A stretch of DNA of 64,000 bases from Felis catus (GCF_018350175.1 NC_058368.1:135906001-135970000), one strand, 5' to 3'; positions 47,580-60,409 are shown, counted from the first letter of the stretch. The notes: generated from the sequence alone by a model not told the origin. Numbers and translations: made by a program.

Positions 47580-50500
47580 GGGGCTCCTGGGTGGCTCAGT
47601 CGGTTGAGTGTCCAACTTTGGAGCCTTCTTCACATTCTGTGTCTCCTTCTCTCTCTGCCCCTCCCTCACTTGCACCCTGTCCCTCTCCCTCTCTCAAAAC
47701 ATAAATAAACATCAAAAAAGAAAAAAGAAAAAGAGAATGGCATGATCTAGAAACTCAGAGGCTAGCAAGGCTCCTGTTGTTCTGTGGGCTTTATTGTTGG
47801 TAGAGCAGAACAGTCAACCACATTTTCCAGGCTACGCTAACTGAACTTCCAGTTAGCCCTCTTTCAAAGCTTACATATACAACCTGTTGAAAGATTCTTG
47901 ATTAGCCCTTTTTGGATCATTGTCTTTCCTGAGGCCAGGGAGATGGAGTTCTCTGATGGACAAGGCTTAGATATTCCCCCCGATAATGGTGACAGTTCTG
48001 AAGTACCATGTACATCATGGACATTATGCTCATAGGACACTGATGTTGATCATGCATTGTTTCTCTTCCCTCGCTGATACTGGGTGTCATCAGAATTCTT
48101 GTGAAGGTGTTTTCAATTCATTAATGATCCTGAACACCTGCCAGGTACACAGTAGGGTAGCTGCCCCTGGAATAGCAAATCCTTGTTGTCATGGAGGTTG
48201 CAATTCAGGGACAGAAGATAGTGCACAGTAGCGACACTGAGAGTCAGGACAAGATAGGAACACCAAATGCATGTGAGAGGGTGTGTGTGTGTGTGTGAAT
48301 AAAACAAATGAATAAAAAAGACAATACAAAAAGGTGAACTTCTGGACTTGGATACTGAGTTGGATACGAGGGAAAGTACACAGTTGGTTGCCTCTTCTGG
48401 GGTATGCAGATTATGACCTAACAGGATTTGTATCTAAAAGTGGGTTCAAGGGCACCTGAGTGGCTCAGTTGGTTAAGTGTCCGACTCTTTCTTTCTTTTT
48501 TTAATGTTTATTTATTTTTGAGAGAGAGAGAGGGAGAGACAGAGTGTGAGTCAGGGAGGGGCACAGAGAGAGGGAGACACAGAATCCAAAGCAGGCTCCA
48601 GGCTCTGAGCTGTCAACAGCCCAACGTGTGGCTTGAACTCAAACTGTGAGATCACGTCCTCAACTGAAGTCGGACGCTCAACTGACTGAGCCACCTAGGC
48701 ACCCCTAAGCGTCTGACTCTTGATTTCAGCTCAGGTTATGATCTCATAGTTTGTGAGTTCTAGCCCCACATCAGGCTCTGTGCTGACAGTGCAGAGCCTC
48801 TCTTCCTCTCTCTCTCTCTGCTTCTCCCCTGCTTGTGCTCTCTCTCCCTCTGGAAATAAACTTAAAAAATAAAAGAAATAAAAAAGAAATAAAAGTAGGC
48901 TCAAAGATTATTGGCAGTACAAAAATTCCCTAACTCTTGAATTTATATATATTTGCTAAGCATTTTGTTTTTAGGTTTTATGCCATATCAAGTAAGTTAT
49001 CCTCTAGAGTTTCAAAGTATGTAGGAGAATGGGAGGTGGAAAGCTCCCAAAGTCGGGATTTATAATATAAGTATCTAACACAATTATGAGAGGATGCCCA
49101 TTTTAATGTTTTAGGTTTTGTTCTTTTCTAATTTGTTTTGCTTTTTAGTTTTCTCCTCCTCTAGTCCCTACTCCCTCAAATAAGCCTTCTGCATTCCCAC
49201 AACGAGGAGCATAATACGAGGCAGTTTTGGCAGAGTGTCTAGGAACTTGTTACTCATTGACTCATGGAGAAAGTCACATTTTCCCTCCTTTAGATGTAGC
49301 GTTAATATAGCACCCTAAGCCTCAGGAACCTGAATACATTCCAGCAGAAGGAATAAATCACACCACCACCCCCAACTATGCACACACATCCCAAAGCTTT
49401 AGGATTCTACAAGAAGTTACTAAGTGTGATTAGAAATCTGAAGACTTTGGGGCACCTGGGCGGCTCAATCGGTTAAGTGTCTGACTCTTGGTTTCAGTTG
49501 AGGTCATGATCTCACGGTTTGTAAGATTGAGCCCCGTGTCAGGTTCTGTGCTGACAGCTTGGAGCCTGCTTGGGATTCTCTCTCCTTCTCTCTCTGCCCC
49601 TCTCCCACTTGTGCATGCATTCACATGCACACACACTCTGACTCTCTCAAAATAAACATTTAAAAAAATCTGAAGATTTTGACAACAGTTAGTATCAAGC
49701 AGTTCTGGATCACCTAGAAAGTAGAGTACACCTCATAGATGAAGCTCAAGATTATAGTTTCTGTCAAGGTGCCTGGGTGGCTCAGTTAAGTGTCCAACTT
49801 CGGCTCAGGTCATGATCTCATGGTTTGTGGGTTTGAGCCCCGTGTTGGGCTCTGTGCTGACAGCTCAGAGCCTGGAGCCTGCTTCGGATTCTGTGTCTCC
49901 CTCTCTCTCTGCCCCTTACCCACCCCTCACATCCCCCCCCCCCCAACACACACACACATTCACTCTCTATCTCTCTCCATCTCTCTCTCTCTCTCCCTCT
50001 CCCTCTCTGTCTCAAAAATAAATGTTAAAAAAAAAAAAAAAGATTATGGTTTCTGTAAGTGGAAAAGCAATAAGAAAACAAAAGTCTTAAGACATTTTTA
50101 CTAGTTGATTTGAATAGCAGGCCGATGGTGGAAAGTCTCAGGCATGACCTTTGTGTTCTTTCATTGTTCTTCTTGACCTTCTTTAGCTTTGCTATCAGGG
50201 AAAGTTAAGTTTCGCATCGCTGTTACTCAGAAGTGCTTTACTGTTGCCACAGCTCTTGGTGTTTTATTCCACGTTTGGCTTCATATTTATGCTTGCAGCA
50301 CAAACATTTGCACGTAAAATTCCAATGTGGGCGGCGCCTGGGTGGCTCAGTTGGTTAAGTTTCAGACTGGTGATTTCGGCTCAGGTGACAATCTCACAGT
50401 TCGTGGGATCGAGCCCTGCCCTGGGCTCTGTGCTGACAGCTTGGATCCTGCTTGGGATTCTCTTTCTGCTCCTCCTCCACTCTTGCATGTGTGCACTCTC

Positions 50501-50780
50501 TCTCAAAATAAATAAGCATTAAAAAAAAAACAAAAAACAAAGGGCGTCTGGATGGCTCAGTCGGTTGAGCGTCCGACTTCGGCTCATGTCATGATCTCAT
50601 GGTCCGTGGGTTCGAGCCCCGCGTCGGGCTCTGTGCTGACAGCTCAGAGCCTGGAGCCTGTTTCAGATTCTGTGTCTCCCTCTTTCTCTGACCCTCCCCT
50701 GTTCATGCTTTCTCTCTGTCTCAAAAATAAATAAATGTTAAAAAAAAAAAATTTAAAAAAAAAACAAAAAAAACAAAACA
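47580..50780. mobile_element. CanSINEs: + 47580-47730 (internally deleted), nested 48449-48890, + 49449, + 49767, + 50332, + 50542
   Basis: SINE motifs. Confidence 0.9.
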
Positions 50781-51438
50781 AAACTGATGCAATTGGGAAA
50801 ATAAGTCTAATGATAACACTTCCAGGCCATTCAGTCTACATGGCTGCAGGATTAAACATAGCAGTTGTTTAAATTTTTAGTCTCTTTAGTTTTTTCAAGG
50901 TTGTATCTTGAAAAGAAAGTTGATACACAGGAGTCTAAAATTAGTATTACAATATGCTTACCTCTGAGAATCAGCTTCTGAAAGTAGATGTGTACGTGCA
51001 TTTCTCTTGACCGTTTACCATTCCGTGAAACTGGAAGAACCTGTAGAAAAGAATCCTGAGCATTATTTTCCTGCCTGCCTTTTGTGGAGTAAGTCCCTGG
51101 CACAGGTCGGGTGAACACCTCTTCCAGATCAGCCAGGGCTTCCTCAAGTGCAATCTTAGATCCATCCTGCTTAGGAATGTTTACACATGGGCTCCCCTTA
51201 CATCGGAACCTTAAAGCTACTGGTCTGTCTCAGAGGATCTGAGCTGGTGCGAAACTGAACACGGGAAACTGGGGATCTGCTTCGTGTTGGGAACATGAGC
51301 TGCTTACGTGAATGAATGCACTTATGTTTAGATGTCTCTTACTGCTTACTGTGGCTGCTCCTTGTGATTACAGCGCACTTGCTGGCAAAGAGCTGTGGTG
51401 TACCTATGACCCCTGAAAACCGATGGCTGTTTTGTTAG

Positions 51439-51654
51439 GGTGCCTGAGGTGGTGCAGGAGCTTCCAGTGACTTCACCGGTGGACGACTTCAGGCAGCCTC
51501 GCTACAGCGGCAGTGGTAACTTTGAGACGCCTTCAAAAAGGGCACCTATGAAAGGAAGGGCGGGAAGGTCCAAGAGGCCGGAGCAGGACCACTATGAAAC
51601 AGACTACACGACCGGGGGCGAGTCCTGCGACGAGCTGGAGGAGGACTGGATCAG
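51439..51654 (+). CDS. OCLN: Occludin exon 6 (contains [11 protein letters not shown] phosphorylation cluster)
   Basis: Acceptor tttgtt[11 protein letters not shown]...DELEEDWIR; donor AG|GTACGG; 216 nt. Confidence 0.98.
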
Positions 51655-52422
51655 GTACGGGGTCACCTCGTGTTGGAACCACTCGCACATCTGATGGGTC
51701 GCCTGGGCCAGTCAGCTTTGGGGTTTTGCCTGCCACATTGGAGTTGGGTGGTAGGATTTCGTTCCTGCACAGCCAGGACTGGAGATGGTATTTCAGTAGG
51801 TTCTTTTCTTTAGTGATCTTTTGTAATAAAGATTGACGTAGAGGGGATATGTTTGGCTCCATTGCGTCTTAAAAACACTCTCAGTGTCTTTCACAAAATG
51901 ACTGATGAACTTCACTCTTTACTTGTACCAGTAGTCACCCAAGAAAGGTCTTTCAAATAAATAAAACACAGGTATGGAGGAACTTTTGTTACTGATTATA
52001 TAATTCCCAGACCAGAGCTATGGCTTTGTTTTGGCATTTACTTTTAAGTTAAGGTTTCATGGGGAGACCAGAGATTCTTTTAAAAGTTTAATCCAGAGGA
52101 CTTTGGCAAACGGTTTTGTAAACAATTAAGTTAACAATTTAGAGTTCTGGCCAAGGTTGTGGTTAAGTTCCTTTGTGTGTTGGTGGTTTAGTTATACTTC
52201 ATCATCACTAACTATCCTCATGTATGGTGTATAGCCCTTTTATGCCCAAGTGTCCTGAGAAATGGGACACGAATCAGAAACATTTGTGGTCTGGATGGTG
52301 GTCAGTCACAGCGTTGCTTCTCGAGCTGTGAGAGGTGGGTGATGTAGCATAGCCTGACATCGCCTCCCTCGTGGTTCTCATACCACACCTTCCCTTCTTC
52401 CCACAAGAGTTCTTGGCCAAGA

Positions 52423-52564
52423 GGCACCTGGGGCGCTCAGTAGGTTGAGTGTCCGGCTCTTGATTTTGGCTCAGATCACGATCTCATAGTTTGTGGGATC
52501 AAGCCTTGCTTGGGATTCTCTCTCTCCTCTCTCTCTCTCTGTCTGCCCCTCCCCCTGCTCACGT

Positions 52565-52615
<51 letters not shown>

Positions 52616-54700
52616 ATAAATGGATGGACTTAAAAAACAAAACAGAACAAAAACAGAGTTCTTGGCCACGTTCAGTTGTCTGGCTATAAAATACTTTCCT
52701 AACCTGTTTCATGGAAGATTTAAATGAAAAGGTTTTTTTTTTTAATTTTTTTTTAATTTTTTTTTTTTAATGTTTATTTATTTTTGAGACAGAGAGAGAC
52801 AGAGCATGAATGGGGGAGGGTCAGAGAGAGGGAGACACAGAATCTGAAACAGGCCCCAGGCTCTGAGCTGTCAGCACAGAGCCCGACGTGGGGCTTGAAC
52901 TCACGGACCGTGAGATCATGACCTGAGCCAAAGTCGGCGGCTTAACCGACTGAGCCACCCAGGCGCCCCCTAAATGAAAGGTTTTAAGAAATTGTTTTCT
53001 TGTTTCTCTTTTGAGCAATCATTTAATTTCTCCCCTCTGTAAAATGAAGATAGGAGGCCAATTTCGGTGTAAAAATTGAAATTCCATATTGCTGTGAAGT
53101 TCCTACATCTTGTGAAACAAGTCAGAGTGTTTCCTCAGTGGATTATTAGTGAAGAGCATCACCTGGAAATGTAAAGAATGGCTAGTCTCTTGAGAGATAC
53201 AAGGGATACAGAATTGCATGTATCGCCAGATTATTTGTACAAGGAGCATGCATTTTTCTAATTGTACATTTTAATGTCTGATCTTACCATCAAAGGTTTT
53301 AAAATAAGCCATTTCTGTGGAGGAAAACAAGTTAAGTTGGAAAAAGAAAAAAGAATCTGAAGACTATAGTTGGTGGCAGAAAACAACCAGCTACCAGCCA
53401 GTTCTTCTGCTGCCGTAGTAATGGGAACGCACTTTGTGTTCCAGTATTCCAGTTTTCACACTTTAAATTCAGGGGTGCCCAGGTGGCTCAGTCGGATGAG
53501 CGTCCGACTTCGGCTCAGGTCATGATCTCACGGTTCATGAGTTTGAGCCCCGTGTCGGGCTCTGTGCTGACAGCTTGGTGCTTTTAGGCTGCTTCGGATT
53601 CTTGTTTCTGTCTCTCTCTACCCCTCCCCTGCTCATGCTCTGTGTCTCAAAAAAATAAATAAACATTTTAAAAAAGTAAGATTTTAGACATACTCTATTG
53701 TCACATGGTGTTGTATTTTCAGAATAAATAAGTTCCTATGACTTGAACCTCAAATTTCATAAATGATTTTCAATTTTATTTCTAAAAATTATATTAGCAT
53801 AGTATTTCTTTTCTAAGTAGGCTTCACGCCCAATGCAGAGCCCAACATGAGGCACAATCTTGAGATCTAGACCGAGCTGAGAGCAAGTCAGGTGCTCAAC
53901 TGACTGAGGCACCCAGGGACACCCCTAAGCATAGTATTTTCTTTTTTAATTTTTTAATGTTTTTATTTATTTTTGAGACAGAGTGTGTGAGCGAGAGTCA
54001 GATGCTTAACCAGCTGAGCCACCCAGGTGCCCCTTTTTAAATTTTTTTTAAGTTTGTTTATGTATTTTGAGAGAGAGAGAAAACACAAGTAGGGGAGGAC
54101 TGGAGAGAGAGGAAGAGAGAGAGAGATTGCCAGGCAGGCTCTGCACTGTCAGCACAGAGTCTAATGCGGGACTCAAACTCAGGAACTGTGAGATCATGAC
54201 CTGAGCCAAAATCAAGAGTCCGTCACTCATCCAACTGAGTCACCCAGGTGCCCCTAAGCATAGTATTTTTAAAACCATAACTAGTGATGTAGAAGTATAA
54301 TCATTCATTCATTTTTTTTTTTAAGTTTATTTGGTTATTGATTGAGGGAGAGAGAGAGTGCACATAGAGGAGAGGCAGAGAGAGAGAGAGGAGAGAAATC
54401 CTGAGCAGGTTCCATGCTGTCAGCTCAGAGCCAGATGCTGAGCTGGAACTCCCAACCCATGAGATTATCACCTGAGCCCAAACCAAGAGTCGCTTAACCT
54501 TTTTTAATGTTTATTTTTGAGAGAGAGGGGGCGAGTGCGAGCAAGGGAGGGGCAGAGAGAGAGGGAAACAGAGGATCTGAAGCAGGCTCCTCGCTGACAG
54601 CAGAGGGCTCAGTGCGGGGGCTGGAACTCAGGAACCGTGAGATCATGACCTGAGCTGAAGTCAGACCCTTAACCAACTGAGCCATTAAGGCGCCTCTAAG
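52423..54700. mobile_element. CanSINEs: + 52423-52650 with long (CT)n, - 52735-52970, + 53472-53670, antisense cluster 53815-54700
   Basis: SINE motifs. Confidence 0.9.
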
Positions 54701-54874
54701 TAGAATCATTCTTAAGAGAACTCACTTGCTTCTCACCTTCCTCTCATAAGCAAGAAAAAGAAAACAGGAGAATGTCACTCTCACGTCCCACCAGCTTTAT
54801 TGTCTTGGCTGAAGAAATACTGGATTTTATGTCTGCTTGAGTCAAAAGTAGTCATTTTCTCACTGAATTTTTAG

Positions 54875-55046
54875 GGAATATCCACCTATCACTTCAGATC
54901 AACAAAGACAACTCTACAAGAGAAGTTTTGACACTGGCCTGCAGGAATACAAGAGCTTACAGGCAGAACTTGATGAAATCAATAAAGAACTTTCTCGTCT
55001 GGATAAAGAGTTGGATGACTATAGAGAAGACAGTGAAGACTACATG
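54875..55046 (+). CDS. OCLN: Occludin exon 7 (Occludin/ELL coiled-coil domain)
   Basis: Acceptor ttttt[59 protein letters not shown]; donor ATG|GTAAAT; 172 nt. Confidence 0.98.
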
Positions 55047-55309
55047 GTAAATTCAAACCTGATAATTGTATATTATATATTATGTCATTCTAATTTATGA
55101 AGATACAGTATCCTTTCTATTAATGTTGATTCAGATTTTGCTAGTAATTTTTAAATTGATTGATTGAGAAATAATTGAAGTCCAGTCTCAGATGAAAGTC
55201 TTTCCAAATTGAAGAGTGTACTAATGTAGTTAAGTAAGAAATAGAAAACAAAAGGCTATGTACATATATCCCTTCCTGTTTAAAATAGCTGGATTATTTT
55301 TTCTATTTT

Positions 55310-55534
55310 ATTTTTTTTTTAATTTTTTTTTCAATGTTTATTTATTCTTGGGACAGAGAGAGACAGAGCATGAACGGAGGAGGGGCAGAGAGAGAGGGAG
55401 ACACAGAATCGGAAACAGGCTCCAGGCTCTGAGCCATCAGCCCAGAGCCTGACACGGGGCTTGAACTCACGGACCGCGAGATCGTGACCTGGCTGAAGTC
55501 GGACGCTTAACCGACTGCGCCACCCAGGCGCCCC
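55310..55534 (-). mobile_element. Young feline-type CanSINE
   Basis: TSD TTTTTTCTATTT. Confidence 0.94.
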
Positions 55535-55729
55535 TTTTTTCTATTTTAAAACACTGTTCATTCTTTCTGTAAACTATTAAACATTACAGAATTGGGTACA
55601 GAAAGATAAACTACCTTAAATTCTGCCTCCTGTCACCAAAATGTTTGTTTAAATATCCCCTTCATGCACAAGTGCACCTAGACACATACCATCTTTGATA
55701 AAAAGTTATCTTTTTTTTCCCCCCGGCTG

Positions 55730-56020
55730 AGGTTACGTTTGTCCATGAAAGTTACTCTTTCCTTTTTAATCCCCCTTTCCATACTTTCATAGTGAAGGAA
55801 GTCACTATGCACAGATCACACCTAAGAAATGGAGAATTATGTTCCAGCTCTTTAAAGACCGTGTACCTACACAAATTATTTGGAATTCTTGTGCATGAGA
55901 GATTGGTTACTTCCTCCCATTTACTTAATCATTCACTTATACCAGTATTGACTCATAGATATATCTATTTTATACGTTGTGTTATAATCCAATACTACTT
56001 TACTTTGTTGCTCAAATTAT
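55730..56020 (-). mobile_element. Old L1MC/MD-like fragment
   Basis: aaggaagtcactatgcacag...aaattatttggaattctt...ttgttgctcaaatt. Confidence 0.55.
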
Positions 56021-56448
56021 TTATGTATAATATAACACGTTCACTTAACGATATATGTAATATGCATACACGGGGTAGTTACTGGGAGCTCAGACCAGTT
56101 TCCTAACGGGGTATAACCAGATGAGAGCTACACTTGACAGAAGATCTCTGTGGGGTCAGCACGGCCCATGGACCCGCATGGGGAGTGTTGAGAAGCAGCA
56201 GAACCATTACCTGTCTATGGGAATGGAATGTGAGGAATAGGTCTTAAATTCCTCTGTCCTGGCTTCCTCCAGGCTCTCTTGCTGACTATATGAATAACAG
56301 CTTTAAGGACCTAAAGACTTCATTATTTTAATTTCCTGTATTTGGGGTATTGTTGGCAGTTTTAGCTCCAGAATATATCATCAGGAATGTCATTTTTGAA
56401 AGAGAAGATTCCCCCCTAAACATATTCTATTGTGTTTCTCCTTGATAG

Positions 56449-56490
56449 GCTGCTGCTGATGAGTACAATAGACTGAAGCAAGTGAAGGGA
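56449..56490 (+). CDS. OCLN: Occludin exon 8
   Basis: Acceptor ctccttgatAG; AAADEYNRLKQVKG; donor GGA|GTAAGT; 42 nt. Confidence 0.97.
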
Positions 56491-56699
56491 GTAAGTATTC
56501 CAGATTGTAAGATTCTTTCAGAGAGAATGTTTCTAGTATGTGTTTTTTATTTAACCTTTGGAATGACTGTGAATACCTAGTCACACAAGCACTGATTATG
56601 ACAAAAGGCCTTATCATTACAAGGTGAAAACTGTACCTGAGAAGTTAGGACCTTAATTTCAGTTGTTTGCAACTATAGCCAATACTGATTTTTTAAGAT

Positions 56700-58098
56700 T
56701 ATTTTATTTTTTTAATGTTTATTTATTCTTGAGACAAAGAGAAAGAGAGAGAGAGAGAGACAGAGCACGAGCAGGGGAAGGGCAGAGAGAGAGGGAGACA
56801 CAGAATCCGAAGCAGGCTCCAGGCTCTGAGCTGTCTGCACAGAGCCCGATGTGGGGCTTGAACCCACAAACCACAAGATCATGACCTGAGCCAAAGTCGG
56901 ACGCTCAACCGACTGAGCCACCCAGGTGCCCCAAGCTTTTTTTTTTTAAAGTTGAAGTATACATACAGAAACTTGCACAAATTTTGAGTGCACAACTTGG
57001 TAAATTTTCACCAACCACCATATACCTTTGTACCTGGCGCCCAGATGAAGAAATATATTTCCTAGTTTCCTAGGCAACCCCCTCTGGAACTCCCCTCCAA
57101 TTTTTACTCTCCCCACAGATAACTACCATCCTAATTTCTAACATCATAAATGAGTTTTGCCTATTTTGAACTTGATGTAAATGGCATCTATAGTATGTAT
57201 TTTTCATGTGTAATGTCTTTTGCTCTTTTTGAATACCCATTCATATTTTTGTGTGTGGCTATGGTTCATTTATTTTTACTTGGTAAATAGAAGACAATTG
57301 GTTCATCCATTCTTTCGTTAGTGAGCCTTTGGGTTATTCCTAGATTATGGCTTTTATAATTAATGCAACTTCAAACATTTTTGAATGTGTGCACATCTGC
57401 ACACATATGTTAAGGATATATTTGGGAGTGGAATTGCAGGGTCATTGGGTCTGTCTGTCTAACCTTGGCTTAAATAGTGTCAAACAGCTTTCCTGGATTG
57501 CCAGTTTATATTCCCACTGAAGTGTGCATATTCCTTTTGCTCCATATCCTTATAAACACTTGGCGTTATTAATCTTTCTTGATTTAAAGCTTTGTTTTTA
57601 AAGGATTTTATATTAAAATTTTTTGAAGTCACAAAACATTGTAATTTTAAATGCAAGAGTTTTATATAGTGGGGCGCCTGGCTAATTCAGTCAGTAGAAC
57701 ATGACTCTTGATCTCGGGGTTGTGAGTTTAAGCCCCATGTTGGGTATAGAGATTACATAAAAAATAAAAAAATAAAATGAAAGAATATATACTAAAATTT
57801 CCTGTCTTTTTACCCATTCCTCCTTTTCCAAGTCAACTGATATCGCCAGTTTTTGTTGTACTGATTTTTTTTTAAGGATTTTATTTATAAGTAATTTCTA
57901 CACCCAACATGGGGCTTGAACCTACAACCCAGAGACCAAGAGTCACATGTTCCATCCACTGAGCCAGCCAGGCACCCCTGTTTTACTGATTTTTAAAAAA
58001 AAATTTTTTTTTTTTAACATTTATTTATTTTTGAGACAGAGAGACAGAGCATGAACGGGGGAGGGTCAGAGAGAGGGAGACACAGAATCTGAAACAGG
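56700..58098. mobile_element. CanSINEs in intron 8: - 56700-56932, + 57671-57775, - 57870-57978, - 5'-truncated 58000-58098
   Basis: SINE motifs. Confidence 0.88.
56940..57580 (-). mobile_element. Old L1M 3' fragment
   Basis: gttgaagtatacatacagaa...taactaccatcctaatttctaacatcata...ggagtggaattgcagggtcat. Confidence 0.7.
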
Positions 58099-58409
58099 TA
58101 CTGATTTTTTTTAGATGATGTGTTAGCAGAAAGGTGAGTCAATTTTGGGGGTCACTTTATAAATCACTAGAAATTAGTATATGTTTTGTAAAACTCAGAA
58201 GATATGACTAAGCAAAAAGAATCCATTGCCTGTTTGGTCAGAATGGTCAGAGAAACTGCCAGATCACTGTGCATATTACTCTATTCAACACCCCAACAAT
58301 TTCATTTGACTAACATTCTGTGGTTTTTTGGCTCACCTCTGCCTTCCTAGCAGCTAACACAACTTGTTTTTATTTTGTTAAGTTTACTTGGCTTTTTTTC
58401 CCCCCCAAG

Positions 58410-58511
58410 TCTGCAGATTACAAAAGTAAGAGGAATTATTGCAAGCAGTTGAAGAGTAAATTGTCGCACATCAAGAAGATGGTTGGAGATTATGACAGAC
58501 AGAAGACATAG
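58410..58511 (+). CDS. OCLN: Occludin exon 9, coding part to TAG
   Basis: Acceptor ttttccccccc-a[35 protein letters not shown]; total CDS 1566 nt = 521 aa. Confidence 0.97.
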   Translation, partial: SADYKSKRNYCKQLKSKLSHIKKMVGDYDRQKT

Positions 58512-58668
58512 AAGGCAGATGATACCACATTGTTTGAGAGGTTAAGAAGTTATTTGACATCTCTGCAATGTTGTCAGAAGGCAAAATGACTGGATTCTAA
58601 CCCAGGAAGACAAACCTTTGTCACATTACATACTTTTGGTGGCTTTACTATCATCAGTTTAATATCAT

Positions 58669-58675
58669 CAGTATT
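58669..58675 (+). promoter_or_regulatory. miR-200b/c/429 7mer-m8 site CAGTATT
   Basis: Exact complement of seed AAUACUG in the proximal 3' UTR. Confidence 0.6.
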
Positions 58676-58716
58676 GAAGCATTTTATAAGTAGCTTTTGA
58701 TAATCAACTGGGCTGA

Positions 58717-58724
58717 ACACTCCA
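58717..58724 (+). promoter_or_regulatory. miR-122-5p 8mer site ACACTCCA
   Basis: Exact complement of seed GGAGUGU plus A1; miR-122 regulation of occludin is reported in other mammals. Confidence 0.7.
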
Positions 58725-59179
58725 ATTAAGGATTCTGTACTTTAAACTTCGGCTCTTATATTAAGGACTGACTATAGGTTGAGGTTTTTAAACCTTGAAG
58801 GCAGGTCCCATGGTGAACTGTGCTATGAATTTGCACACTCAGGCAGTGTTTTCTTAACACCTAAGTGCACGCACTGGTTCACATTGGTGATCTCATCCAT
58901 TCCTCCCAGAAATCTGTTTTCAGAACTGTTATTTATAATCATTTCTTTTCAGGTAGGGAGACTGGGTCCCTGCAGTGAAGGCTCTGAAGTGAATCTGCCT
59001 GTTTCCTGGCTTATAGTTTTGGTTAAGTCTGTTTTACGACTTGACTCCATTAATTAAAGTCCCTCGGCCTTTCCCTTAGCTCCTGTGGCTAGTGCATTCT
59101 CTCAACCTCCCTATTCATTTTTTTTTTTTCTGTGTATAAGTGGTTAAAAGAGCTTTTCATTGTTGTGTGCTATCCAGAT

Positions 59180-59185
59180 AATAAA
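59180..59185 (+). terminator. Candidate proximal poly(A) signal AATAAA
   Basis: Hexamer about 670 nt after the stop; usage not provable from sequence. Confidence 0.5.
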
Positions 59186-60245
59186 GATCATGTAAAAATA
59201 ACACATTGTGAAACTTAAAAGATTGTAAATACATACAGGTATTCACTTTTTAAAAATCACAGTTTAAACCTGGTTAGAATTTGGTTGTGTATTTTAAAAT
59301 TCTTTTAAATCTTTTATGGTTTACATGTGTGTTTGTTTCCTTTTTTTAAACCAACTAGGCTTTTTCATTATATCAGAATATCTGATTACATTGCTAATTC
59401 GGTTGTGACTTGGATCGTGTCTCAAGAGAATATTCAAGTTCTGTACATATTTTGTAAGGTATTAAACCTGGTGTTTTCTTTCATATACTTGTTTGACATC
59501 GTTCGTGCTGTTGATATGAAGATGTGGAAAATTACACTCAGTTTTATCTGAGTATATAGTTTATTGCATTAAACTATATTGGTTGCTGTGCTGGTTGCTG
59601 AATTTCCCAGTCTTTCGGTTATAAGAAGGCTGATTTGTCTGAGAATACAGCACAATACAACAAAACATCAAATTCTTTCAGATGGTGCCCTTGGTCTCAC
59701 CACTTTTTTTTTTTTTTTAATTAAAATTTTTGTTAGTAAAGTAAAATTAGCTGATAGTAGTGGGCATATAGCTAGCCAAGTTGATTGTTTTTATCTCCCC
59801 CCCCCCCAGGTTTAGAGTGGTTTTTGTGAAAATTTTGGAAGAATAACCTTTAATCATTAGTATGCAATTCAGACATTATACCCAAGTCTGAATCATTTTC
59901 CAAAGATAAACCTTAAAATGTTTCTTTTATAACATTGTTCATTTCTTCAAATTGAAGAAATTCTTAATTTTCCATGTGCTGTACATACTTATTACAAAAG
60001 GTAGTAGTTTATAGTTTTCGTGCCTTTTGGATTCACACCAAATGGTAAGGACTCTTTTGAGGAACTTAACTCATTTTTATGCATGCTAAAATATAAATCT
60101 CTTTGTTCTTGGAAGTTCGTGTACTTAGATTATGAAGATGGCAAAATTGCCAGTGTTCTGACAAAATAGTACTGTTCACCTGAATGCAGAAAACCAAATA
60201 GCATGAGTTTCCATTGTAAACTTGTGTCATAAGGTTGAACTTTGA

Positions 60246-60251
60246 AATAAA
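60246..60251 (+). terminator. Candidate distal poly(A) signal AATAAA
   Basis: Hexamer at the end of the unique AT-rich stretch. Confidence 0.45.
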
Positions 60252-60409
60252 AAAACAAGAAAGTCATTTTTCAAATGTGCTTAAAGACTGCTTGGTATTA
60301 ACCAGCTGGATGTAACTTTAAAGAAGCACCCAGGCATATTTCTAGTTTGGAAAAAGGAGATTTAGGTTAGACGTCAGAAGTCTCTTCCATGTCTGACCTG
60401 AGATTCTTA

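Larger units (their letters stand above)
58512..60270 (+). other. OCLN: OCLN 3' UTR (distal end uncertain)
   Basis: AT-rich repeat-free stretch after the stop; AATAAA at 59180 and 60246, ATTAAA at 59568. Confidence 0.7.

Noticed and set aside
54981..54986. AATAAA inside exon 7
   Set aside because: Encodes Asn-Lys in the coiled coil; no evidence of use as a poly(A) signal
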